From Guillardia theta CCMP2712 (Eukaryota > Protista > Cryptophyta), in contig NW_005434620.1 in the NCBI RefSeq assembly GCF_000315625.1, positions 207,694 through 271,693 on the forward strand: a stretch of DNA of 64,000 bases, written 5' to 3'. This document shows positions 47,091-59,215 of this stretch, piece by piece; the first letter of the stretch is position 1, and every line of letters begins with the position of its first letter. The notes under the pieces are model-generated. The model did not search any database. It was not told the origin of the DNA and saw only the letters and a program-made list of their open reading frames with translations. Position numbers and translations under genes: made by a program.

Positions 47091-49630
47091 ATGGATGAAG
47101 AATTAGATGTGAAGAAGAAGAAGAAGAAGAAAGTGAGTGGAATCCACTTTGATGACACAATCGTGGTCTCAGAGAAGGTACAAAAACTGTCAAGAGCCAC
47201 CGGGAAGCTTATCCTGTGACAGATAATCGAGGACTCAAGCGAAGAACTGAAAGAAAGGAGAGAAGTTTGGCATGATATTCAAGAAAGAGCGAACAGCATT
47301 GATTATGTAGCGCTTTGGTCGGGCAAACACTTGCAACCTGATGGATTTGTTTCCAGGGCATATCCGATGAGAGTCCCTGTGTAAGTCCAACCTTAGAATC
47401 GAACGCGGAGGAATCGAAGCGGCAAGCAATCTCAGATGCAACAAGTGAGATGTTCACACCTTCTCCTCCCGTCTGACTTCCCTTGCTGCAAACTTGTGAT
47501 CGATGCTGTAGGTAAAGAGATATCGATTACAGCACCTCCTGAGCGAGAGAGTCAAAACGAACAAGAGAAGGAAGATGCGGATCAAGCGTTCGATTTACCT
47601 AGCGTCTCTAAATCTGGAGCATCACAAAACGAGAAGCAAGAGATTACGAGGATTCCGCGAGAGGAAGAGGTAGGAGGGAGTGAATCTAGTCTGTATCTTG
47701 TTGACTCACGTGCTCTCTTGGTAGGTCCCCTCTGCTGGATGCCCGAAACTTTCGTTGCCGAGCTTGAATGAGTTTGTGTCGGAGAAGGAGAAGGAGGAAC
47801 TGTTCAACAGACTATCAAGAGAATTGCTACAGTATGTAAGCTTGTGGCCAGAAGCTTCAAAGCTCAGCAATCAAGAACAGAAACCGCAAGCTAAACAGAA
47901 ATCGAATTCAAAACCAAACACTCGTCAACAACCGGAGGACTATCAAGTACCTGTGAAGACAAGAAAGCTTGCAGAACACTTCTTGGCTGCACTCAAAAAG
48001 TGGCTGAGCAGGACATGGCAAAAAGGAATGATTTTCAACAATACTTACCATATAGGCATCTTAATGGAGAAGGATTTGGACACCCTACGGCGAGGAAGGG
48101 ATCCCATATTCGCCACAAAGCTAGAGACAGTGTGGAATGGTGATGGTTTTGAAGTGAAATCAGTGCCAATTCTCGAAATCGAGGAAGGCGATTGGTTGAA
48201 TTTAGCTCAAAAATTCAAGACAAAGCACATTACTGGAAACAACTTTTTCCCATCCGAATCCTATCAAGCGAAATTAGATATCAATGAATTGATTGGAAAA
48301 AACGATGTTTCAAATCAAGAATTTCAATCTTTGTCAATACAAGCCGAATACGAAGAAGATACCGATGTCGGCATAAGTGTGCAATTCCAACCTCGTACTT
48401 CTCAAATCAACTTGAATACGGATGTGGACGGCAGGTTCTTCACTGATACAGCTGACATGAGGCGGGAACGAATCTTGAGACCATTCAGCAGTGAACCGAT
48501 CTTGTCCGTATCCAAAACATTTGAAGATTCGCAAAACTTTGCCCGGTTTGGAAGATCAAACTCTTTCAACAAAGGATCCGTCTTCTCAAAATATACCTCC
48601 TCTAAGCCCACCAAGAGTTTAGCGCTGGACAAACCCTTCATGGAGTTTGCAAGGTATTGTTCCTTCAATCTTGAAGTTACTCGCTGACTATCGTGGAAGA
48701 GTGTATACTGGATGCTCTCGACCATCCATGCGCATACTCGAGCAGTGTAAGCAGCCATACATCCAGTACACTGAGAACCAGAAAAGAACTCAAGCATTGC
48801 TGGCGTTTCAGTCCATCTTGAAGACAGTCGAAAGCAGCTATCCAGACGAGCCGGTAACATGCAGTCCCTTGACCACACACGAACTTTAACCTCTTTGTAA
48901 TCAGTTTGTAGAAGTGGTGGATTCAGATTTAACAGTGCAGAAAGAAAATCATATAGATACCGATAGACAAGAAAAGATACGCGAGGCAAAAGAACAATTT
49001 TCGCAAGTCACAAGGTCAAATCTTTCAACAATCATTCGAAGAGCTTTTGATTATTGAGCACATCAGGTCTTTTGAGCAATCTCAGCGCAGCAAAGATCTA
49101 CTGCAGCAAGGGCTGAATCATGACGACTCGTCAGCCTTTAAGGCAAACACTGTTGAATTCCTGAGAAGACCGTTGCAACGAGTCATTCAGCGCGATTCAA
49201 ATCTTTTGAAATCTCTGCAGATCTGTGCAAAAGTTTTGGATGAACATCACAACAGCAAGAGGATTTACGCGGGCAGAAGCTGGGACAATCCATTTCATAA
49301 AGGGGCTGATCTGCTCTACGTCAATCAAGCTCCCCTGCCAGGAATCAAGTTGAGCAAATCAAGTTTGACGTCGCCAAAGCAAGAATTCTCAAACGTGAGA
49401 AACAGGAAGGGCCCAAAAAGGTTGCAGGATGCAATGCTCTGCCTCCATTCCTGCGCTGACCGACGTACCAGGTTGACAATGACCTTCAACGGGAGCGACT
49501 TCGAGCATTCGAAGGACATTTCTGTCCCTCAAAGTCCGTACTCGTATAAGGTAATCTCTTGTACATACTTCTCGTCCTGACCTGATTTGCGCAGGTGCAA
49601 TTCCCTAAATTCAAAGCTCTCAAAATGTAG
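47091..49630 (+). CDS. hypothetical protein, multi-exon
   Basis: MDEELDVKKKKKK..., long ORFs 47755-48687 and 49047-49580 linkable by short GT-AG introns; no family recognised. Confidence 0.6.
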
Positions 49631-49736
49631 CAAGTTTTCCATGTTCTATTAATTTACTATACACGTACAAAAATTGTTTCTTTGCAATCAGAAGAAAGTA
49701 CTGAACGTCGCAATCCAAGAAGAAAAGCAATCAATA

Positions 49737-50923
49737 TTAGATCTCCTTGAAGGGGCCCCAACCAGCAGTTGCAATGTCAACAACAAGTCCACAAACAAGA
49801 CCCTGGCAAAAAGAGATGTCATGCACAACCATGAAAGCTTCTAAGAGCACAAACTTTAAGTAGTGTGTTGACTCACCAGCCCTGTTATAACGCCGACGAA
49901 AGCTAAATCCAACGTGCTCAGTTTTCCTTGATACGGTTGAATTAGAGGAGGATTTTCCTACCCTTGCATGTCAGCAGGCACATTGAGTTGTTGAGATCAG
50001 AACTCACAGGATACTGCGTGGAGCTTGTTGAAGCACTGAAAGGGTGGATCAGCTTTTCTATCAACTCAACAGTTCATGATGTCAACCTTTCGATGGGCAT
50101 GGGAGTCGTTTGGGGGAGAGTAGTTTCTGTGGTAGACGCGGTTGTTGTAGTGGTTGTTTGAGAGGTTGTACCCGAGTTGGTCGAGTTGGTCGTGTTAGAA
50201 GCATTGGTTGTCGGGATAGGTGTAGTCGAAGTTATTGGTGTGGTGGAGGTAGTGGTCTGTATGGAACATCAAACATGGATTTTTGCGCAATGTTTCTTAC
50301 CTCTTGGGGACATGTGCTCTCTGTGCAACAAGTGTAATAGATTAAAATGCCCAATGTCGCATTGTTGTAGATCACTTTGTAGGATCCGGTACTGGACGGA
50401 ATCTGTAAGAAAGTCAAGGTGGAAATGACTTCCAGCCGATGGCACCATGGAATTGGAAGAAGGACTTGTAATTGGGCACACGAATATGGACGTTGTTTTC
50501 CATCTGAATTTCTAGTCATTTCGCAGGCAATCTCAAACAAAGCGAAATACGTGTCATTGTAACAACCCCTACTGTGTATGTTGGATGGAACTGATACATA
50601 CTGGCTTGGTACTGTTGCAATAGACATTAGTAAGTAAAACAGCTTGGAAAGACTTGACCTATGTAGGAGAACGATTTGTTATTTGTCGAGTTGTCATATT
50701 TTAATTCCCAGATATCATAGCAGTATGTTTCATTCTGTGTACATGATGCTTGCTGCCCGTTGCTCTGCGATATCATCGTGATCACATGTCACGAGCAAGG
50801 AGGAGTAGTTCTCACCTGATAGCACATCAACGATGAGCTTTCTGCCGACCTCATCGCCTCCATGAGCAGCAGCGCAACCACCTGCCATGTTGTCGCCCCC
50901 CTCACCATCGCCCCCTTGAACAT
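49737..50923 (-). CDS. cell-surface protein: signal peptide, three-finger (Ly6/uPAR-like) Cys pattern, Thr-rich stalk, C-terminal membrane anchor; 8 exons
   Basis: Exons 50923-50816, 50764-50659, 50611-50466, 50402-50301, 50256-50087, 50035-50008, 49957-49877, 49802-49737 all in phase; LMCYQ..CTQNETYCYDIW..RGC..C..CCTESTC. Confidence 0.7.
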
Positions 50924-50942
50924 GGATGTGCCGCTTCACTCA

Positions 50943-51012
50943 CAGTTGTTTTCCGTTGGAAGTCCGTTACACTTTCAAGTTGCTACCGCTTCCGAAACCG
51001 TTATCACCGTTA
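50943..51012 (-). promoter_or_regulatory. cluster of five YAACKG (MYB / MSA-like) sites in a short divergent intergenic region
   Basis: cagttg, ccgttg, ccgtta, ccgtta, ccgtta within 70 bp, all in the same orientation. Confidence 0.4.
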
Positions 51013-51183
51013 CCGCCTTTTCATAAGCGAAAAAGGCGGGAATGGTGCGGGAACAATGTGCAAGGGAATGGAATGCACGAAGGAGGCGCTTTACCGTGAT
51101 GTGATGATTGTTGTAAAGTACAAGCTGATTGAACAAGTTTGAACAAGTTTGAACACAAGTAAATAGAGCAGAAAGAAGACAAC

Positions 51184-53806
51184 ATGCAGAGCTGTTCTCA
51201 AGATATGTCCAGGATTCTGAATCTTCGGAAGAAGATACATCATGAAAAAGAAGCTATTGAATCATTGGAGTCCTTGATGCACCACAAAGGCAATAAAGTG
51301 CTCAACCAATTCCAAGAAATGTGTTTTGATGACGAGGAGTGCATGAAGGAAAGATTGCATGTGTTGGAGCATGAAGGTTTGAATCCCTGTCACAGGGTAA
51401 AGCCTTGCTACAGTACTGGCATCTCTCGGCGCGACTTTGAATTTTTTGCTAAGATGTGCAGATTGAAACTCTGCAGAAAAGTTTTCAGGCACTGGGTTTC
51501 CTTGAATGCTTCAATTCATTCCAAAACGAGAGATCTGAATGTTGCTCTTCTAGACCGGTATCGTCATTCGAAGGTGAAACGAAGATCTCTTCTCACATGG
51601 AAAAAGCTTACATTGCAGCAAATGTCCATCGGAGCAAAGCTTCAATTTCAAGCGTTTGCTGCAATGAAACGTGCAATAGTATCGTGGCGAGATGGCCTGT
51701 TCATAATCGCCTTACAAGTCAAGAATTGGAAAAGGCTAACACATGAAATGAAGGTCGATCGATTTGAGGTGAAATCTTCGGTGATCACTGTTTGTGATCG
51801 GTCTTTGAAAACGAATGTCCAGCTCATGGTGCTGAAGGCGTGGAGGGGTCTTTTGGTTTCTAAATCTAGAACTTACCGCTGTTTGGAAACCATCTTGTCT
51901 TTGTCATTTTCAAAAGCCCTTGTGCGCAAGATATTTATTCAAAGCATGTTTTTTCGTTGGTCCGAAGCCCTTTACACGAAGAGAAAACAATCGCATTTGA
52001 AATCTGTCACAGCCTTCTTAAGGATGACAAAAGCCCTTCTTTCAAGGAAAAGACAGGTTTCTGGAGAAGTTGATAGCCGTCAAGCTTCAAGACTTAGCAG
52101 GATTGAAATTACCCTGGATTTTGACAAGAACGAGACATCTCATAGCTCTATCTTGATGGTCAATATGGATCTGAAACTCTTCTGTGTCGTTGTGAGTAGA
52201 ATTCCATTGAAGGGAATAATTCGAGATTCAAAATTTGAACTTGTGAAGCAACTCAAATCGACCTGTATAGTGAAGAACTTCACACAAAACAGCCGTGTGA
52301 TGGAAACCAAGACCTTGCGGCTGGTGCAAGTGATTCCATTTCTTGTGAACATTGCAGTCAAAGCACTATTCATAGGATGGAAGAAAACTGCAAGCAGACC
52401 TCAAAATGTTGCTTGTAGACACAACACAAAAGAAGTCAAGACACCAGTACAGAACATCGACCAAACCGTTGTCTGTGAGAATGATGTGAAAGTTTAATCA
52501 AATGATCTTGTGACTTTTATTACAGGTATTAAACAACAATGCAAGAGCCGAGTGACTGAGAAGTGCGTGTTTCGAAGGTGTGCCAAAAATCACCTGAAAC
52601 GCTATTTTGGTAAACCCAAGCGATTTGGAGAAAAACTGAAGCACAGAATTTGCAAACCTTTTCCATCGGATCACCAATATAACCAACTATCCACAATCGA
52701 TCTGATCGACAAACGTCTATCCTCACAAATCCGCAAAGATGAAGAAACCAAGATAAGCATTGCAACCGTTCCTTCGATAAATGAGCAGAATCCGGCCGGG
52801 CTAGCAAGCAGCGTGATGGCGGGGGCGTCAGAGCTTGCAGCCGAGGACCTCGCAGCAGCAGAGCCAGAGGCAGGGGGAGCAGAGGGAGCAGAGGAAGCAG
52901 AGGAGGAGTCGCGAGGGGCGGACGTCGGGCACACGGTCAGGCAGGACGGAGGGCAGATACGGACGACGGAGGCGGAGGCGACCCCGCTGAGGCTAGCGGT
53001 AGGGGAGCAGTATCCGGCCGGGCTAGCAAGCAGCGTGATGGCGGGGGCGTCAGAGCTGGCAGCCGAGGACCTCGCAGCAGCAGAGCCAGAGGCAGGGGGA
53101 GCAGAGGGAGCAGAGGAGGAGTCGCGAGGGGCGGACGTCGGGCACACGGTCAGGCAGGACGGAGGGCAGATACGGACGACGGAGGCGGAGGCGACCCCGC
53201 TGAGGCTAGCGGTAGGGGAGCAGTATCCGGCCGGGCTAGCGAGCAGCGTGATGGCGGGGGCGTCAGAGCTGGCAGCCGAGGACCTCGCAGCAGCAGAGCC
53301 AGAGGCAGGGGGAGCAGAGGAAGCAGAGGAGGAGTCGCGAGGGGCGGACGTCGGGCTGAGTCGGAGGGCTTCAATCATTAAGTCTCGCTGTAAGTTTGTG
53401 TTTACCTTGTGTTCTTGTTTGACTTTTTTGTTTAGCTGGATGTGCTTGCGACGAGCATGAGCCGCCAGGGATACAGGTTGACTACGCCTCGTCACCTTGC
53501 TCAGAAGTGTCTAGCTCGCCGATCTCCTCAAGGGCCCTGCTGATCGAATTCAGCGAGACCAAATCCAGCGTCCACAGGTCACGGCGGGTCCTCAAACTGA
53601 TCAACTCCAACTGCTGTCAAAGTGTTGAATCAATCACGTCTGAGTTGGTGGTGGAGCAGCGCAAGTGCACTGTGACGAAGAGATCGCAGAGAGAAGCATC
53701 GCGATCGAAGGAGAACGTCATCCCACCCTCTCCGAAGGGCAAGGAGGCAGAGGGAGGGCCGAGCAGTCTTTTCACCGTTTGGGAACCTGTGCTTGCCTTC
53801 CGATAG
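51184..53806 (+). CDS. Sfi1-like Trp-repeat (putative centrin-binding) protein with acidic tandem-repeat insert
   Basis: Recurrent motifs VFRHW, LLTWKK, IVSWRD, LKAWRG, FFRWSE, FIGWKK; ORFs 51184-52497 and 52510-53460 joined by a 51-nt intron; last exon uncertain. Confidence 0.55.
52783..53355 (+). repeat. in-frame GC-rich tandem repeat, units 222 bp, 213 bp and a partial third
   Basis: Near-identical copies encoding PAGLASSVMAGASELAAEDLAAAEPEAGGAE... Confidence 0.95.
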
Positions 53807-53926
53807 AGGTCACCGGGTCAGAAGACCCGAGAGAGCCAGAGCTAGCGATTTATTGCTTCCACATGCTTGACGTCGACGATGAAAAAAAAGATGTCAAGAG
53901 ATTCAGGCCGACAGCATGTGACAGCT

Positions 53927-56650
53927 CTACAAAGGAAGTTCGTCGAGTCGGGAGCAGACGGCGTCCCAGCACTGCCATTGATTCATGTTTCCCACCTTGT
54001 GAGTTAGCTCTGCCTTCACCAGGGCAGAGAGCGCGTGAGCCTGCAGAAAATGAATGAGAGAAAGAAGATAGGAGTAGGAGGAAGGGAGGCAGGGTGTGTG
54101 TGTGTGTGGATTACAAGGCCTCAAACAATCATGATAGATTAACATAATGAATTCATCGCATATGACACAAGTCAGGCGTCCAATCAAGATGATCCGGGAT
54201 GAGGAAGGAGAAAGGAAAGGGAGAGAGAGGAAAGGTAGGGAGAGAGGTAGGTTTCAAACCTGTCGGCACATCTTGAGGCTGCAGATACATTCCATCATGT
54301 AAGTTAAGCGAACATGCTCCCTCGAGTTCTCAGGGTCCAGCAGTGTCTTGTTGGCCCTCTCCTTGGCTTCTGCTGGAGACGCGAAGCGGTACCTGACTAC
54401 CCGTCAGACCCCACCAGCTCCTCCAGCTCACTCACAGCAAGCGCTTGCCCGCGACCTCGTTATCGTACAAGTACGTGCTCTCCATCCCAAAGTAGATCAG
54501 CATGCACTCGAGAGCTGCATCAACACTCCTGAGGAACAAAGTCCGCGGCTGGCTCGTGGTGTCACATACTACTTGACTGTTCAGGTCCAGCACGGCCTCA
54601 CCTGCAAGAGCTCGAAGTCTCCTGGCTCAAGGACGAGGAAACAGTTCTCCATCTCTTTGGAGGATGGCATCTGCTGCACTGCCTGTGCCGTCACAGGAAA
54701 AAGAACGCTGAAGGCCCGATCATTCTGTGAGATCATGTCCCAGTCTCGGTTCACGACGCAGCGCAGGAGCTGGAGCATGCTGTGAACATGTTCCAGCACC
54801 ACCTGCCGACCTCGTCATCCCTCCCTCCCATCGCCATAGTATCTCTACCTTGCATGCTGGGCTAGAGAGCGGAGAGGAATCGAGCTCGTTCTTCCCCCCA
54901 AGAGATTTTCTGTAGACGTCCGCCAGCTTCCCCTTCACCAGCGGCTCAGCTGCCCCCCCTCCCCAAGCAGAAGCTCAGCTCACCTCTAGCTTGGGATTGC
55001 CCGGCGACACCCTCAGGCCCCTCATGTAAACATCAAAAGCTGCAGCAGCCCCATCGACCATCTCGACCGCCTGCCCCATGACGTCAGCACGAGGTATGAC
55101 AGACCTTTTGACATGCCTGGCCGAGCCGCACGTAGCCCTTCCACCAGTCTGGCGAGATCTCCACACACTCTGCTGCGTTATCCTTGGCTTTACCGAACCT
55201 CCTCATATGCGCGTGCGCAGCACTTCGATTACTGTACAGAACGTGATTCCTCTGAGGACAGGAGGGTTAATTGCCAAGCACGACGAGATGGTAGGAATGG
55301 AACCGGGTCGAGAGCGATGCCGATAGAGTACATGATGACGGCTTCGTCATACTGTGCTCCTGCAAGTGCGAGATTTCCTTTTTCCTTCGCCTCCTGTGCA
55401 CTCTTGGGCAGCGGCTGGTGCTTCTCCTTGACACCAGTCAGCACCATCAACCTCGACTCATCCCACCAACATTCACAAGAGATCATCTTAGACAGACACG
55501 CAACCATCACATCGACACGTCTACCTGCATGCCAGCTCCCGACTTGCTCGCATGTCCACCGATGTTCGGATGGCTCATATTGCGGTCATTCCCGATGTTG
55601 TCCAGCCCCCACTCCGACGTCTTGCCCAGCAGGCTGCCGATGGCTCTCACCACGAACCCGGGCTGCGAGCTCGAGATCAGCTGGGAAGGGTCAGAGATCA
55701 TGGGGGCACCTGTGCAGCTCCTTCTCCGCGCGGCTCCGGGATGTCCGGGGGAATAAGAAGCTGGTTCTCGTCGAAGACTTTCATCACCGAGTGGGAGGTG
55801 ATGGGCAGGGGCGGAAGCCTGTCAGCTCCGATCTTCTGCAGGAATGTGGAGACGGGGCGGATGATGTGATCGAGAGCATGAAACGAGTTGTGATCCACTC
55901 CCTCGATGATCTCAAGGCACTGCGAGGTAAGGTTGCGTCATCGACTGCCATCACAGCCGGAGAGGGGTTTACCTTGGCTTCTGCTGGGCACTTGTCGTAG
56001 AGGACGGACGCATGGCGAACAGGGATGAGCTCATCTTGTCTTCCATGGATGATCAACGTCGGCGAGTAGCAGTTGACGATGTCGGTCTCGTTGTCGAATC
56101 GATCCATGATCACATTGGCGATCGCACCCACAAGCTCCTTCGCAAGCGTCTTGATAGACCTGTAAGGGCTCTGCAGGACCAGGGCTGCCGCCTGCTTCCG
56201 CTGCTTGTGCAAGAGAGAGACGAGGTTCGTCGCTGGGCCAGTGCCGATCGACCTCCCGAAGATGATCACGCGTTGTGGAGGGATCCTCAACTTCTGGGTG
56301 AGGAAATTGAAAGCAGCTCGGGTGTGGCGATTGACCCCCCCCTCGCACGGGTTGCCAGGAACCGGGCCATAGCCAGGATACTCGACTCCGAGGACATGGA
56401 CGTTGAGAAAATCACGAAATGCCTTGAGCAGATCGTGCGATAGCCCCAGGTCCTCCGCGTTCCCGTGGAGGTACATCATGCAACAGCATGCTCCCTCCTT
56501 GCACAGAAAGAGAGAGGGGAATCTTCCGTTCTCGCCATCGTCGAGCCAGAAGACGTCGCCGGGGAAGCTCCTCTCATTGTAGGTTGCAGGAGTGGGTGCG
56601 GCGAACAGAAACTCATTCACAAAGTCGTGATCTTTGATAAATGCGGCCAT
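53927..56650 (-). CDS. ABHD17-like alpha/beta hydrolase fused to a C-terminal TPR domain
   Basis: YLHGNAEDLG, VEYPGYG, FGRSIG (nucleophile), IIHGRQDE (acid), GVDHN (His); spliced to KEKGNLAL...YSIGIALDP|RNHVLYSNRSAAH...WWKGYVRLG TPR; 3' end approximate. Confidence 0.8.
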
Positions 56651-57269
56651 GTGCGCGGCCTTTTCTCACAAGAGATGTCTTATTCCCAGCTCATGTTCGC
56701 CTGAACTAAAGACAACGAGTCAACAAACCAGAGTCAGAGCTCACAGATTATCTCCTATCATCACGTTTGGAAGAGAAACCCTCTTTCGCAATCAGGACAG
56801 TGACATAGCACAACTGTCATCCTGACTGCTTTCCATAACCACCAAGTGATTCTATTTCCCAGCAACATGGAAACCCCTCACTCCCTTCCTTTCCACTCTG
56901 TCTGATGTCTCTGGTACTCGGTGTGAGAAGTTTTGTTCATGGTTTGCCCCTTCGTTGATCCTCAATTCTTTTCACCATACTCTTCACGCTGCGCTGATCT
57001 TATCTCCTTGCTTTGATCTTCCCATGCCCTCTCTTCCTCCTAGATCCTCGACTCGTTCTCCCTCGCATGCTCAGCCTCTCTGCTCTGCTCTCCTCTCCTC
57101 CGGTCTCTCTTGCCCTGCTCCCCACCCTCGCTCCCCATTGTTGTGTCATGCCAGCGCGCATCTCTGGTCCTTGAAAAATTTCACCAGTCAACTTCAAATC
57201 TTCTCACAGATTTTCAAAAACAATTTCAAGAGTGTGTTCGCTTGCTACCGGTGCAAACTTCAAAATTTC

Positions 57270-57850
57270 CAAGTCCGATAGGTAGGGGTACCTCCATCGA
57301 AGGGGTCTGTGCAGGGAACCAGCATTCATGTAGGGGTACTTCAGGTTGTTTTTATGTTTTAGTGAGGGTAAAGTACCCACCCAGTGAAGGGTAGAAATGG
57401 TGCAGAGTGTGTCTAGTCTAGTGAGGAGGGTGGGGTATATTGAAAGAGGGGGTAGGGTCTGTTGAATACATTTGGCAACTTGAACTTTCAAAATTGTGGC
57501 ATCCATTCTATTTTTGAGAGCCTTAATTATTAATTCAAATTTCTGATTCACAATTCAAGAATACAAATCAATCTTCAAATTTCAAAATCAAACTCTACTC
57601 ATTTTACTTAACTTTCAGTTCTAAACTGGCCGGGCCGGGCCGCCGTCGCGTCTCCGATCCGGGTCGTCGGGGACCCCCCAGGACTCGGTCGGAAGAGCCG
57701 GCAGGGGGGACCCCGGGTGGGGTGGGGTAGTCCTCATGCGGGTGGTCAAAGGTCTTTTTTTTCCTTTACACGGTTTATTTCGGGGGTGCTGGAGGGAGGC
57801 AGGGGGGGTAGTGCCCATTATGGTATAAGGGTGGGTTGTGCCAGTGGGGA
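57270..57850. other. GGGGTA block, TTCAA/AT-rich block, CCGG-rich block in divergent intergenic region
   Basis: ggtaggggtacc (57281), ttcaaatttcaaaatc, ggccgggccgggccg. Confidence 0.6.
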
Positions 57851-58139
57851 AAATGGCAGGGAAAACCGGGAAAGGGAAAACGAGGGCCTGAAGTTGGAGA
57901 AGAAAGGAGAGACCAAGAGCTCAGGGGAGCAAGTGAAAGCTAGTAGAAACGAGTCGAAGGATTGAGGGGCAAGCAGGGAGTGCAGATTCGAAAGAAAAGT
58001 AAGACTTCATTGTTGATACGGATCCTGCCTGGGTGGGTTGACGAAAGAGGTGGTTTGGTGGTGGTGCTCTTTCTGATGCAAATAGTCTTCTGCATCTCCA
58101 GCAGCCCCAATGGTCGTTCAATGTTCATGTGAATGAGTT

Positions 58140-59057
58140 TTGGTTCGGAATTTCTATTTTCTCCTGATCACGGTCTTGAATCTGGTACACGGGATGCAAA
58201 AAACTTCTACGAGCTCTGGTTGTGAAGAATGCCCCTGGGTGACATCACATACATACAAGTGCCAGATCCTTTGCGTCATTCCCTTCCTGGGAAACCTGGT
58301 CAGCGACTTTCGGGAAGATCTTCTTTCAGCTCTGAGCACAAGAATGTCAGTCATTCCCTTCCGTCGGTCAGAGCTGTTAGCTCAGGACGAGGAGGGACGG
58401 GATTCTTTGTTCATTGTCTCTCATGGTGAAGTGATTGCTCACATCGAGAAAAGAACATACAAGTTTGGTCCAGGAGATTATTTCGGGGATTGGAATTTCT
58501 TTCATGTCCAAGCACACAAACACAGCAAGTATCTTGCATTAACGGACGGCATATGCTTGAGCCTCTCAAAAGCTTCCTTCGACGAGGTCCTTACAGCATT
58601 TCCTCCAGAAGTCGCTGAGCATCTTTCGATATTCAGCGAATATTTCCACGGCTTTGACTTGAACGAAGAGTTTCAAGCAGAGCGACCGGCGCAGGTTCGC
58701 TGGTTGTCAATGTTTCGCAGGTTGCTGGTCAAGTCTCAAGGGAGGCTGCAGGAATCCAGCGAGAATTGGAAGCCCAAGGCGGTCGCGTCACTCACATCTA
58801 CGATATCCTCGATGACTGCCGAAACTCAAAGGCTCCAAGATCAGCTCTTGCAGGCTTCCAGTCAGGCGGACGTTGACGAGAATGCTATGGCGATCATGAG
58901 CGCAGAGCTTCAGTTGAAGAGTTCTTTCCTGATCATGCACCGGCGGTTGTTGGCGATGTTGCTACTTCATACTTTGGGAGGACAGCTGGACATGATACAG
59001 CGGAAGTTCACTTGGGTTCAGTCTTGCTGTACAATACTTTCTGCACTCAATAAATAG
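58140..59057 (+). CDS. cyclic-nucleotide-binding (cNMP) domain protein; true 5'/3' exons uncertain
   Basis: IPFL...DSLFIVSHGEV...FGPGDYFGD...LALTDGICLSLSKASFDEVLTAFP. Confidence 0.8.
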   Translation: MVRNFYFLLITVLNLVHGMQKTSTSSGCEECPWVTSHTYKCQILCVIPFLGNLVSDFREDLLSALSTRMSVIPFRRSELLAQDEEGRDSLFIVSHGEVIAHIEKRTYKFGPGDYFGDWNFFHVQAHKHSKYLALTDGICLSLSKASFDEVLTAFPPEVAEHLSIFSEYFHGFDLNEEFQAERPAQVRWLSMFRRLLVKSQGRLQESSENWKPKAVASLTSTISSMTAETQRLQDQLLQASSQADVDENAMAIMSAELQLKSSFLIMHRRLLAMLLLHTLGGQLDMIQRKFTWVQSCCTILSALNK

Positions 59058-59215
59058 ATTTCTACTTGATGATGCAACAAACAAATATCAAAGAAGCTAT
59101 GTTACAAGCCGTTCTGATCACAGTTCTGAATCGTAAGTCGAACTGTTCTCAGCTGGGCTGTTGTCTACCTGCGTATTGGCAACACCATTATTCGTTGATT
59201 TTCCTGTTGCAGTTG

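Noticed and set aside
48647-48700. Apparent frameshift at the end of ORF 47755-48687
   Set aside because: A 46-nt GT-AG intron with CTGAC branch point joins the frames
52470-52530. Apparent stop splitting the Sfi1-like gene
   Set aside because: A 51-nt GTGAGA...TTACAG intron removes the stop in phase
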